From Delftia acidovorans NBRC 14950 (GTDB taxonomy: Bacteria; Pseudomonadota; Gammaproteobacteria; Burkholderiales; Burkholderiaceae_C), in NCBI RefSeq assembly GCF_001598795.1, contig NZ_BCZP01000005.1, positions 305,026 to 337,025 of the forward strand: 32,000 nt of DNA, in the 5' to 3' direction. Below, piece after piece: positions 10,350-19,392 of the stretch. The notes below the pieces were generated by a model. That model did not search any database. It was not told the origin of the DNA and worked only from the letters and a program-made list of their open reading frames with translations. Within the stretch, counting starts at the first letter, position 1. The number at the start of each line of letters is the position of its first letter. Position numbers and translations under genes: made by a program.

Positions 10350-11252
10350 TCAGTCTTCGTCCAGCGCCTCAAACCGCTCTGCCAGGAAATCCAGCAGCGC
10401 CCGCACGGCCGGCAGCAGCCCGCGCCGCGAGGCGAACACCGCATGGATGATCTCGCGCCGTGGCGCCCAGCCCGGGATGACGTGGACCAGTTCACCGCGC
10501 GCGATCTGCTCGCGCACCATCATCGAGGGCAGTTGCACCACGCCCACCCCCGCCAAGGCCGCCGCGCGCAGCGCCAGCATGCCGCGCGTGACCAGGCGCG
10601 GCCGGTGGCGGATGGCCGCCTGCGTGCCGTCCGGGCCGATCAGGTGCCACACATGCTCGTGCTGCGGCAGGCCCAGGTCCATGCTCGGCAGGCCTGCCAG
10701 GTCGGCGGGCACCTGGGGGATGCCGCCTGTCAACAGCTGCGGGCAGGCCACCAGACATTGCCCGCGCTCGGCGAGCATGCGCATCACCAGGTCGCTGTCC
10801 TCCAGCGGCGGCGGGCGCACGCGGATGGCAACGTCGATTCCTTCGCCCACCACGTCCACGCGGCGGTTGGTTTCCTCGAGGTGGATCTCCACGCGCGGGT
10901 ACGCGGCCATGAAGGCCGCCAGCATGTCGGCGATGCGCGCATCGAGCAGCGCCACCGGGCAGGTCATGCGCACGATGCCACGCGGCTCGGCGTGGGTCAG
11001 CGCGATGGCCTCGTCGGCGGCGTCGGCCTCCACCAGCATCGCCTTGCAGTGGCCATAGTAGGTCTGGCCGGTCTCGGTGACGGCAAATCGCCGCGTGGAG
11101 CGCTGGATCAGGCGCGTGCCGAGACGCTCCTCCAGCTGCGCAATGCGACGGCTCAGCTTGGATTTGGGCATCCCCAGCGCGCGGCCCGCGGGCGCAAAGC
11201 CGCCGTGGTCCACCACCTGCACGTAGTAGTAGAGGTCGTTCAGGTCTTTCAT
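10350..11252 (-). CDS. LysR-family transcriptional regulator
   Basis: N-terminal winged HTH (YYYVQVVDHGGFAPAGRALGMPKSKLSRRIAQLEERLGTRLIQRSTRR) plus a LysR substrate-binding-type C-terminal region. It is divergently arranged from the isochorismatase genes. Confidence 0.9.
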   Translation of the reverse strand: MKDLNDLYYYVQVVDHGGFAPAGRALGMPKSKLSRRIAQLEERLGTRLIQRSTRRFAVTETGQTYYGHCKAMLVEADAADEAIALTHAEPRGIVRMTCPVALLDARIADMLAAFMAAYPRVEIHLEETNRRVDVVGEGIDVAIRVRPPPLEDSDLVMRMLAERGQCLVACPQLLTGGIPQVPADLAGLPSMDLGLPQHEHVWHLIGPDGTQAAIRHRPRLVTRGMLALRAAALAGVGVVQLPSMMVREQIARGELVHVIPGWAPRREIIHAVFASRRGLLPAVRALLDFLAERFEALDED

Positions 11253-11384
11253 TGCACACCGTCTCCATCGTTCCTCAGATAAGACTCTGATGGCAATTAT
11301 TAACGACTACCGCGTTCATCGTTCGAATTCTATTCTCTATCCGTCAGCCAAGACCTTTGTCTCGGCGACCCAAGGAGATTCACC

Positions 11385-12011
11385 ATGACCAAGCCCTACG
11401 TCCGCCTGGACAAGGACAACGCCGCCGTGCTGCTGGTAGACCACCAGACCGGCCTGCTATCCCTTGTACGCGACATCGACCCGGACAAGTTCAAGAACAA
11501 CGTGCTGGCGCTGGCCGACATCGCCAGCTATTTCAAGCTGCCCACCATCCTGACGACCAGCTTCGAGAACGGCCCCAACGGACCGCTGGTGCCGGAGCTC
11601 AAGAGCCAGTTTCCCCAGGCGCCCTACATCGCCCGGCCCGGCAACATCAACGCCTGGGACAACGAGGACTTCGTCAAGGCCGTGAAGGCCACGGGCAAGA
11701 AGCAACTCATCATCGCCGGCGTGGTGACCGAGGTGTGCGTGGCCTTCCCCGCACTGTCGGCCATCGAGGAGGGCTTCGACGTCTTCGTGATCACTGACGC
11801 CTCCGGCACCTTCAACCCCATCACCCGCGATGCGGCGTGGAATCGCATGTCGCAGGCCGGCGTGCAACTGATGAGCTGGTTCGGCGCTGCCTGCGAACTG
11901 CACCGCGACTGGCGCAACGACGTGCAGGGGCTGGGCACTCTGTTTTCCAACCACATCCCCGACTACCGCAACCTGATCACGAGCCACACCATGCTCACCC
12001 AGGGCAATTGA
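11385..12011 (+). CDS. isochorismatase-family hydrolase (YcaC-like)
   Basis: VLLVDHQTGL Asp motif, a conserved Lys region, and the catalytic Cys in GVVTEVCVAFPA. GGAG lies upstream of the ATG. Confidence 0.85.
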   Translation: MTKPYVRLDKDNAAVLLVDHQTGLLSLVRDIDPDKFKNNVLALADIASYFKLPTILTTSFENGPNGPLVPELKSQFPQAPYIARPGNINAWDNEDFVKAVKATGKKQLIIAGVVTEVCVAFPALSAIEEGFDVFVITDASGTFNPITRDAAWNRMSQAGVQLMSWFGAACELHRDWRNDVQGLGTLFSNHIPDYRNLITSHTMLTQGN

Positions 12012-12021
12012 GGAGAAGACC

Positions 12022-12711
12022 GTGAGCACACCCCAAACCATCGCCAACTTCAACGGCGCCCGCCCGGTCATCGATCCCGACAATGTGGCAATGCTGCTGA
12101 TCGACCATCAAAGCGGCCTGTTCCAGACCATCAAGGACATGCCCTTCACCGAGGTGCGTGCCAATGCCACCACACTCGCCAAGGTAGCGACACTGGCGAA
12201 GATCCCTGTCATCACCACCGCATCGGTGCCGCAGGGTCCGAACGGCCCCTTGATCCCCGAGATCCACCAGTACGCCCCGCATGCCCGGTACGTTGCGCGC
12301 AAGGGCGAGATCAACGCCTGGGACAACCCGGAGTTCGTCGCTGCCGTCAAGGCCACTGGGCGCAGGCAGCTCATCATCGCGGGGACGATCACCAGCGTCT
12401 GCATGGCCTTTCCCAGCATCGCCGCAGTGCACGAGGGCTACCAGGTCTTCGCGGTGATCGACGCCTCGGGGACCTACTCGAAAATGGCGCAGGAGATCAC
12501 GCTGGCGCGCATCGTGCAGGCTGGTGTCGTGCCGATGGACACGGCGGCGGTGTGCTCGGAGGTGCAAAAGACCTGGAACCGTGAGGACGCGTTGCAGTGG
12601 GCGCAGGCCTACAGCGCAGTCTTCCCGCCGTACCAGTTGCTGATCGAAAGCTACTCCAAGGCGCAGGAAGTGGCCAGGAACGGTGAGCAGCTGGATTCGC
12701 AACGCACCTGA
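12022..12711 (+). CDS. isochorismatase-family hydrolase, second paralogue
   Basis: GTG start 6 nt after GAGGAG (12010-12015). MLLIDHQSGL and GTITSVCMAFPS motifs are parallel to those of the upstream paralogue. Confidence 0.8.
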   Translation: MSTPQTIANFNGARPVIDPDNVAMLLIDHQSGLFQTIKDMPFTEVRANATTLAKVATLAKIPVITTASVPQGPNGPLIPEIHQYAPHARYVARKGEINAWDNPEFVAAVKATGRRQLIIAGTITSVCMAFPSIAAVHEGYQVFAVIDASGTYSKMAQEITLARIVQAGVVPMDTAAVCSEVQKTWNREDALQWAQAYSAVFPPYQLLIESYSKAQEVARNGEQLDSQRT

Positions 12712-12856
12712 CTGCGGTAGCACGGCACGGGTACGAGGCCGCTTGCCCAGGCCAGGGGCAGAAGTCATTACACTTGTCGCCAAGCCGAAAGGCCCGGTGT
12801 GTCGAAGCACCTTACCAGTAGCGTTTGCGACCCCCAACGTCAAGCGGGGTTCTGTC

Positions 12857-13036
12857 ATGCCCGAATTCCTGAGGCGGACGTGCCTGTGCACGCCCCTTCC
12901 AACGGTTTTGGGCGGGATGGGGCTCTCCGTGAGGACGCCCGCACGGCTACTGACGTGCTTCGAACATCCCGTCCACCCGTCTCGTGTCGAAGCGGTGCGG
13001 GTGGCTTCCTTGAATCCAGTAGGAGCCAAGCGATGA
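12857..13036 (+). CDS. possible 59-aa upstream ORF, ATGA-coupled to the 146-aa gene
   Basis: The ATG context caagcggggtt(c/t)tgtcATGccc is conserved in both copies. The products align (MPxFxR..C.P...V.G.MGL..R..ARL.TC.EH.VHPS). However, substitutions are not concentrated at third codon positions, so coding status is uncertain. Confidence 0.3.
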   Translation: MPEFLRRTCLCTPLPTVLGGMGLSVRTPARLLTCFEHPVHPSRVEAVRVASLNPVGAKR

Positions 13037-13473
13037 CCGCATCTTCACCCGCTTCCCAACCACCCCCTTCCCTCACCACTCGCCAAGCGGGAAAAGCCAA
13101 GGCTTGCCGCAGGCATCGCAGGACCCACTGCACCATGCAGACCGCGCTGGCCTTCATGCAGCGATCCCTGGAATTCCTGGTGCGCGTGGCAGGCGAACAC
13201 GACAACGCCAACTACGACGACGACGGCACCGATGCCGATGTGGAACTGGCCGTGGAACTGGCGCTGGAGCACATCAGGCGCCTGCGCGCAGCGGAGCCCA
13301 TGGAGCGCGAGGCCTTCGCCCAACACTGGAACATGGCGGCGGCCGCTATCCGGCTGGGGGCGCTTGCCTACGGCCGCACCGACAGCACCTACTACCGCAT
13401 GCTGAGCTTTGTGCAGCAGCAGTTCGACGTATCGGCGGCCATGGTGGAATTTGTGGATGAGGCGCAGGACTGA
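13033..13473 (+). CDS. hypothetical acidic 146-aa protein, copy 1
   Basis: A conserved SD (AGGAG) lies 7 nt before the ATG. A near-identical paralogue sits 880 nt downstream. I recognise no motif. Confidence 0.6.
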   Translation: MTASSPASQPPPSLTTRQAGKAKACRRHRRTHCTMQTALAFMQRSLEFLVRVAGEHDNANYDDDGTDADVELAVELALEHIRRLRAAEPMEREAFAQHWNMAAAAIRLGALAYGRTDSTYYRMLSFVQQQFDVSAAMVEFVDEAQD

Positions 13474-13494
13474 GACCCCGGCCCCGGGTGGCGC

Positions 13495-13542
13495 TCAGCG
13501 CCAGCAGTCCTCCACCGTTCCCAAGGGCGAGGGCGAGATGCC
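13495..13542 (-). pseudogene. orphan 3' fragment of a pilE-like minor pilin gene
   Basis: The minus-strand reading ends ...GISPSPLGTVEDCWR*, versus pilE ...GISPLGTVGDCWR*. The same stop codon and the same TGGCGC-TCA-GCGCCA hairpin are present. Nothing pilin-like lies upstream of it. Confidence 0.6.
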
Positions 13543-13628
13543 TTCCTGCTTGAAGCCGCATGTCCAGGGCCGGATGGCGCGCCGGCACCTCGCGAGTGTG
13601 TCAGCCGGACTGCAGGCTTGCGGCGTCT

Positions 13629-14415
13629 CCCAGGCCAGGGGCAGAAGTCATTACACTTGTCGCCAAGCCGAAAGGCCCGGTGTGTCGTAACACCTATCTG
13701 GAGAGGTTGCAGCCCCCACCTTCAAGCGGGGTTTTGTCATGCCCAAATTTAAGAGGCTGGTGCGCCCGTGCGCGCCAGCCTGCATGGTTTCGGGCGAGAT
13801 GGGCCTACCCGCGAGGATGGCCGCACGGCTCCGGACGTGTTACGAACATCTCGTCCACCCGTCGCCCTTCGTAAGGCAGCGTGTGGTGCTCAATGAGCCC
13901 GGAGCAAGAACCATGACCGCATCTTCACCCGCTTCCCGACCACCCCCTTCCCTCACCACTCGCCAAGCGGGAAAAGCCAAGGCTTGCCGCAGGCATCGCA
14001 GGACCCACTGCACCATGCGGACCGCGCTGGCCTTCATGCAGCGATCCCTGGAATTCCTGGTGCGCGTGGCAGGCGAACACGACAACGCCAACTACGACGA
14101 CGACGGCACCGATGCCGATGTGGAGCTGGCCGTGGAACTGGCGCTGGAGCACATCAGGCGCCTGCGCGCAGCGGGGCCCATGGAGCGCGAGGCCTTCACC
14201 CAACACTGGAGCATGGCGGCGGCCGCCATTCGGCTGGGGGCGCTTGCCTACGGCCGCACCGACAGCACCTACTACCGCATGCTGGGCTTTGTGCAGCAGC
14301 AGTTCGAGGTGTCGGCGGCCATGGTGGAATTTGTGGATGAGGCGCAGGACTGAGACCCCGGCCCCGGTGGCGCTCAGCGCCAGCAGTCCCCCACCGTTCC
14401 CAGGGGCGAGATGCC
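13629..14415 (+). repeat. copy B of the ~0.8-kb duplication
   Basis: See copy A. This copy ends inside the 3' end of the intact pilE gene. Confidence 0.85.
13739..14353 (+). CDS. hypothetical protein, copy 2 (204 aa if fused to the upstream ORF; 146 aa from the internal ATG at 13913)
   Basis: Copy 2 has 2 fewer nt in the leader than copy 1, which puts the upstream ORF in frame with no stop. The internal ATG at 13913 keeps its GGAG SD. Confidence 0.55.
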   Translation: MPKFKRLVRPCAPACMVSGEMGLPARMAARLRTCYEHLVHPSPFVRQRVVLNEPGARTMTASSPASRPPPSLTTRQAGKAKACRRHRRTHCTMRTALAFMQRSLEFLVRVAGEHDNANYDDDGTDADVELAVELALEHIRRLRAAGPMEREAFTQHWSMAAAAIRLGALAYGRTDSTYYRMLGFVQQQFEVSAAMVEFVDEAQD

Positions 14416-14787
14416 CTTCACGCCCAGGGCGTTCAGGGTGTAGTCGCCGCAGCGCCTGTCCGATGCCTGGCGGCCTGTGCGCGTGGCCTTGAGCGTGTAG
14501 CCGCCGTCATTGGCGGTCGTGGCCATCGTCAGGGTGTAGTGGCCGTTCTCGGACTTGTCTCCCCAGGGCAGCCTGAGGTTGGCGACGGAGCTTGTGTAGC
14601 CGCCGTTCTGGGCCCGCCAGCGCTCCTGCCGGGCGGCGGCCTCGCCCAGCAGGCTTTGCGCTTCCACGCGCCGCGATCGCAGCACGTATTCCTGGTAGGA
14701 GGGGTAGGCGATCGCCGAAAGAATGGCGACCACCGCCACCGTGATCATCAGCTCGATCAGCGTGAATCCATGTAGCTTGCTGCGCAC
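14374..14787 (-). CDS. pilE: type IV pilus minor pilin PilE
   Basis: GTG start 6 nt after AAGGAG gives the prepilin leader MRSKLHG/FTLIELMITVAVVAILSAIAYPSY. The C-terminus has a Cys..Cys-Trp end. It is the last gene of the minor-pilin operon. Confidence 0.85.
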   Translation of the reverse strand: MRSKLHGFTLIELMITVAVVAILSAIAYPSYQEYVLRSRRVEAQSLLGEAAARQERWRAQNGGYTSSVANLRLPWGDKSENGHYTLTMATTANDGGYTLKATRTGRQASDRRCGDYTLNALGVKGISPLGTVGDCWR

Positions 14788-14867
14788 GCATTTCTCCTTG
14801 GGGGCCCGCAGGGCCAGCCAGACGGCCGGGGCCGGCAGGCCCCTGTGTGTAGTGGATGGGATGGCGG

Positions 14868-17800
14868 TCACGGGTTCGCTGGCTGGCGGCGCCAGCTCTG
14901 TCGCCCCCGGTCCACTCCGCTGTTGATATCGTCGCCCCCGGTCTTGACTGGGTCTCCCGCCCCGCTTTGCTTTCCGCTGGAGTCGAAGATCTTCGCGCCG
15001 CTGATGGTGGGCCTGCCCGGCCCCACCTCGCGGCCGTTGACCTGCTGGCCTGCCAGGTTGTCGGAGGCGTTGAAGATGCCGTCGCCGTTCACATCGAAGG
15101 CGACATAGTCGGTCTTGCCCCCGGTGTCGGGATCGATGGCGTAGATCGTGCTGGCCAGGCCTGCGGAGCAGGGGTCGCCCAGCGGTGGCCGGATGGAGGT
15201 GAACACCAGACCCCGCCCGTACAGGCTCATGTCGTAGACCAGTCTTTCTCCATCGCGCGGCAGATCGACGTACCAGCCCCAGCTGTGCACATTGGAGTCG
15301 GCGGTGCTGGTGGCGTCCTTGTACCAGGTGACCGGGTTGGCCGACAGGGCGAACTTGCCCGGAAAGCCGCTCACCTGGGTGAACTGCTGGGCCTGCAGAT
15401 CCCCGCGCCCCTTGCCGGCGGTAGGCAGCGGCTGCGGCGCAGTCGTGGCGGGTGTGCCGTAGCGATCCCAGATACCGAACACCGATTGCCGGCGCATGTC
15501 CAGCTTGTCGTCATCCGTCATGAAGCGGCCCGTGCCGAAGGCCACCACATCGCCCTTGCCGCTGGAGTGCCGCACCACGTAGGGTGCGGTGGTGATGGAC
15601 AGCCGCTTGCCGCCGCTGCGTTCGGACTCACGTGCCACAAAGAACAGTTGCGCATTCCATGAGCCGCTGGCACCACTGGCCAGGTCTACGCGCCATACAT
15701 TGCCCGCAAGATCACCGGCATAGGCCACGTCCACCTTGCCATCGCCGTTGTTGTCCACCACGGCGGCGCGCGACAGGCCGTTTTTCGGCGCAGGCAGCGC
15801 GCTCAGCTCTGCGGCCGTCATGCCTGCCGCGAAATCAAAGCGCCGGATGACCTCGCCACTGGAGACATCCAGCACAAACAGGCTGGACTCGCCGGAGGCG
15901 CTGTTCGACGCCTGGTAGCCATTGGACAGGAATACCACCCACCTGCCCTTGGACCGGCCGGCATCGTTGAGCCGCGCAACGACAGGCGCGGGCATCGAGT
16001 AACCCATGCGTTCGTCCTGTTCAACCCCGAACTCCCACAGCAACCGGGGGGAGGTGGGGTCCGTGACGTCCAGCGCAAAGACCTGCCGCCCGCCCGCACC
16101 CAGGCTGCCGACCAGCACCCTGTGCCAGGCGTTGCCGAAGTAGACATCCGAGACCACGGGCGTCCCGTCCACGAAGTAGCGGTGGGGAGCGCCGCCCGCG
16201 CCATACCGGGACGCCAGGACATTGAGCGAATCCTTCACGCCCGATGGAATGAAGGCGAACTCCTCCTTGCCCGATGCCGCGTCGAAGGCGTGCAGCATGC
16301 CGTCGTTGGCGCCCACATACAGCATCTCCTTGGTCGCCTGTTTCGCGGCAAAGGCGGCATAGGTGGTGCTGCCCTCCAGCTTGTCCGCGGCAGAGGCGCG
16401 GTACAGGCCGCCCTTGACCCGTACCAGCGAGGAATTGACGATATCGCCCAGCACATTGGGCTTTCCACTGTCCAGGGGCTTGCGCACGCGCAAGTCATCG
16501 CGCACCTCGCCACGCAGGAACTCGATGCGCTTTTTTGCCTGGCCATCGGCGGAGTTCGTGGCCGGGTCCGTGTTGAGCACGGCCAGCCAGGACGCATCGG
16601 AGCGCTGCCCGCTGAGACTGGAGTACGTGAAAGGGCTCAGCGACACGGCACTGCCGGTCCTGCTGGGATAGTAGATCTTGCGGTCATCGGCGGACCGCGC
16701 CGACAGGAGTTCCGCCGCGCTCCACACCAGCGTTCTGTCGCTGGTGGTGAGCTTCTCGCGGATGACATCGCCGCTCCAGTACTGGACCTCGAACGTGGTC
16801 CGGTACAGGTCGGCGCCTTCGCCCAGTGTCGCAGTGGGCATGTCCACGCTGACCGCCGTCACGGAACTGATGCTCTGCAGGATGTCGTTGAACGCCTTGG
16901 TCAATTGGTCCTTGAGCGTGCCGGCATTGGTCACCAGAAAATAGTTGTCCGGATCTCCCGTGATCTTGGAGGGGTCGCGGTCCGGCACACCGTACTTGGC
17001 GGCATACCACAGCGGTCCCTTCAGGAAGCTGCCCGCGTCGGTCGCATTGCCGGGAGTGAAGCTGCGGGTGGCCGTGAGTCCCAGGTTCGTGCATTCCGTG
17101 CGCTGCTGGGCCGAGATGCTGCCCCGGCAGTAGCCCGGATCGCGATTGGGTGGCGTGTTGTAGGCGTAGTAGGCCGAGGCCGTGTCCTTGTCACGCACCT
17201 CCAGGTACATGCCGTCCTTGGTGGTGCCCGAGATCACATAGCCCATGTGCTGTCCCAGGCCGCCAGCGGCGTATTCGGACACCATGTCGATCTTCACCTT
17301 GCCATCGGCCTGCAGCGCGACCGTGTAGCGCGCGATGGCGTCCATGTCATGGTCGGCGCCCTGCTCCACGTCCTCGTAGTTGATGCGGAACTCCGCATAG
17401 GGCCGCCCGCCATTGACCGAGGCATCGATGTCCGCCTTGCCCGTGTTGGCAATGTTGACCACGTAGTAGTCGACGATCTGGTTGGTCGGCGTGAAGACCG
17501 CATTGTTCACGGTGCTGCCGCCGGCACTGCCGGAGACGGTCTTGGCAAACGGCGCAATGGTCACAAAGCGTTTGCCGCCGATCGGAAAGCGTATTTCCGG
17601 CAGCGGTGACGCAATGGCCACGGAGTAGGTCCTCAGCGCATTCTTGCCCTGGCTGTTGCCGAACATGGCATTCCTGGCGCCGAAACGGGCCACACCGGCG
17701 GCATAGTAGGTGCCTTCCTTGCTGGGCTCCTCGGGAGACAGGCCGCGCGCCCAGGACAGGTCTGCAATGGTCTTGACCGAAGGAGCCTGGTCGGCATTGG

Positions 17801-19373
17801 CCGACGTTGACTGGCCGATGAAGAAGTTCTTCCCGTCTATGCGCTCGGCCGAGCCGATGGCCGCCACCTCGTCAGAGACATTGAAGCCATTGAGGGCGCT
17901 GGCACTGACGCTCGCGTAGCGGCTGCCGGGCAGCTTGCCGTCGTAGGAGGGATTGATGTCGCTGAGCACCGTCATGACGGGACGGGAGCAGTACTGGTAG
18001 CCGCCCCCGCCTTCGGCCTTGGCCCTGTAGGGCGTTTCCCAGGCGGGCTTGGACAGACCCAGGGACGCATCCTTGGAGGAGCCGCCGGCGTAGTCATAGA
18101 TGCCGAGGGCCTGGGATGCGCCGCCGAAATAGCGCATGGTCTCGAACATCATCTCGCTGATGGGGTTGCCCCACATGGCGCACTTCGAAGGCTTGTCCAG
18201 CGAACTGATGGGGCCGGACGTGATCCAGCCGCATTCCACGTATTTGCCGCCGGTGTAGCCTATCAGGCGCTGGCGGTCTATGTTGGCGACCACGCCATTG
18301 ACACCCGTCCTGAACTGGCCCGTCTGAGGGTCGACTTCGTCTGCGAAATTGCTGATATTGCGGCGCAGCACGCCGCCGGCGATGTTTTTCTCGTACGAGC
18401 CTGTGAGCAGGCCGAAGTACATCTTCCCGTTCTCTCCGAAGTCGTGCAGCAGCCCCGTGGGCTTGTAGATGGTCTTGCCGCCGTTGGGATAGGCCTTGCA
18501 GCTGGCCTCGAGCAACTGGACATTGCTGCTGGAGCAGGCCTCCACAAGCAGGTTGTAGTCGGTGATCCTGCTGCTGCCTCGCGCGCACGAATTGCCGCCT
18601 GCACAGTTGCTCTGCCCTGCAAAGCCCTCCTGGGACACCCAATCCCAGATCTGGAACGAGGAGTCATTGAGCACGCGCAACTGGGTGATGACGCCAGCGG
18701 CCTCCCCCAGCGTGGTGACGGCAAACAGATGGCGCGTGCCGACCGCCGGCGAGCGCAGCGGCGCATAGTCCGAAATGCTGTAGACCTTGGCATCCCGCGC
18801 AGGGTCATAGGCCTTGCCCCAGCTGTGCGCATCCCTGGGAATGTAGGCGGTCTGCAAAACGGTGCGCGAAGCCGTGTCCTCCGCACGCATGCCGCCATAG
18901 AGTACGCGGCGTATGGCGTCCATGCGCGATGTGCCCAGATAGTTCAGGAAGTCGCCGCTCCAGTTGTTCGAGCACTTTTTCCTGTTGCTTCCGGTCGCTG
19001 CCTGCGAGGGCACGAAAACACCCTTGGAATAGCTGTAGCAGACGTTGTTGTTGAAGTAGCCGTAGTAGTCGATCTGGTCCGGCTTGTACCCGACATCGAT
19101 CACACCGTCGCCGTTGAGGTCGGAGGCATCGTTGTAGGCCTCGTAGTACAGCTTGTGGTCACGCCCCATCACCAGCATGTTCAAGGGCGCCAGCGCCTGG
19201 TTCACGAACAGCGGCATCTGGGACAGCACGGTGTCCGCACGCCCCTGGGCATGCGCCGGCGTACTGGCCAGTGCCAGTGCGCACGTCCACAGCGCCAGGG
19301 CCGGCCACGCGCGTGCCCGGCCCTGGCGCGCCCTCGGGCCATGCATGGTTTTCCAACTTGCAATGCGAGCCAT
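14868..19373 (-). CDS. pilY1: type IV pilus tip-associated adhesin PilY1 (1501 aa)
   Basis: GGAGG SD before the ATG at 19373. Signal peptide ...ALASTPAHA/QG. Three DxNGDG calcium-loop-like motifs (LNGDGVID, DNNGDGKVD, DVNGDGIFN). Its position between pilX and pilE fits. Confidence 0.85.
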   Translation of the reverse strand: MARIASWKTMHGPRARQGRARAWPALALWTCALALASTPAHAQGRADTVLSQMPLFVNQALAPLNMLVMGRDHKLYYEAYNDASDLNGDGVIDVGYKPDQIDYYGYFNNNVCYSYSKGVFVPSQAATGSNRKKCSNNWSGDFLNYLGTSRMDAIRRVLYGGMRAEDTASRTVLQTAYIPRDAHSWGKAYDPARDAKVYSISDYAPLRSPAVGTRHLFAVTTLGEAAGVITQLRVLNDSSFQIWDWVSQEGFAGQSNCAGGNSCARGSSRITDYNLLVEACSSSNVQLLEASCKAYPNGGKTIYKPTGLLHDFGENGKMYFGLLTGSYEKNIAGGVLRRNISNFADEVDPQTGQFRTGVNGVVANIDRQRLIGYTGGKYVECGWITSGPISSLDKPSKCAMWGNPISEMMFETMRYFGGASQALGIYDYAGGSSKDASLGLSKPAWETPYRAKAEGGGGYQYCSRPVMTVLSDINPSYDGKLPGSRYASVSASALNGFNVSDEVAAIGSAERIDGKNFFIGQSTSANADQAPSVKTIADLSWARGLSPEEPSKEGTYYAAGVARFGARNAMFGNSQGKNALRTYSVAIASPLPEIRFPIGGKRFVTIAPFAKTVSGSAGGSTVNNAVFTPTNQIVDYYVVNIANTGKADIDASVNGGRPYAEFRINYEDVEQGADHDMDAIARYTVALQADGKVKIDMVSEYAAGGLGQHMGYVISGTTKDGMYLEVRDKDTASAYYAYNTPPNRDPGYCRGSISAQQRTECTNLGLTATRSFTPGNATDAGSFLKGPLWYAAKYGVPDRDPSKITGDPDNYFLVTNAGTLKDQLTKAFNDILQSISSVTAVSVDMPTATLGEGADLYRTTFEVQYWSGDVIREKLTTSDRTLVWSAAELLSARSADDRKIYYPSRTGSAVSLSPFTYSSLSGQRSDASWLAVLNTDPATNSADGQAKKRIEFLRGEVRDDLRVRKPLDSGKPNVLGDIVNSSLVRVKGGLYRASAADKLEGSTTYAAFAAKQATKEMLYVGANDGMLHAFDAASGKEEFAFIPSGVKDSLNVLASRYGAGGAPHRYFVDGTPVVSDVYFGNAWHRVLVGSLGAGGRQVFALDVTDPTSPRLLWEFGVEQDERMGYSMPAPVVARLNDAGRSKGRWVVFLSNGYQASNSASGESSLFVLDVSSGEVIRRFDFAAGMTAAELSALPAPKNGLSRAAVVDNNGDGKVDVAYAGDLAGNVWRVDLASGASGSWNAQLFFVARESERSGGKRLSITTAPYVVRHSSGKGDVVAFGTGRFMTDDDKLDMRRQSVFGIWDRYGTPATTAPQPLPTAGKGRGDLQAQQFTQVSGFPGKFALSANPVTWYKDATSTADSNVHSWGWYVDLPRDGERLVYDMSLYGRGLVFTSIRPPLGDPCSAGLASTIYAIDPDTGGKTDYVAFDVNGDGIFNASDNLAGQQVNGREVGPGRPTISGAKIFDSSGKQSGAGDPVKTGGDDINSGVDRGRQSWRRQPANP

Positions 19374-19392
19374 TGAAGCTCCCTCCCCCTGC

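Larger units (their letters stand above)
12746..13542 (+). repeat. copy A of a ~0.8-kb direct duplication (partner 13629..14415)
   Basis: Hand alignment. The first 59 nt are identical (12746-12804 = 13629-13687). A diverged leader of about 230 nt follows. The 441-nt CDS has 11 differences. The 3' flank, which includes the last codons of pilE, is conserved. Confidence 0.85.

Noticed and set aside
13033-14353. The A-to-G bias between the two 146-aa gene copies suggested a diversity-generating retroelement (template and variable repeat).
   Set aside because: There is no reverse transcriptase in the window. Only 11 differences are spread over 441 nt, and 10 of them are transitions rather than adenine-to-any-base changes. 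One difference runs G to A in the opposite direction. Ordinary divergence with gene conversion explains this better.
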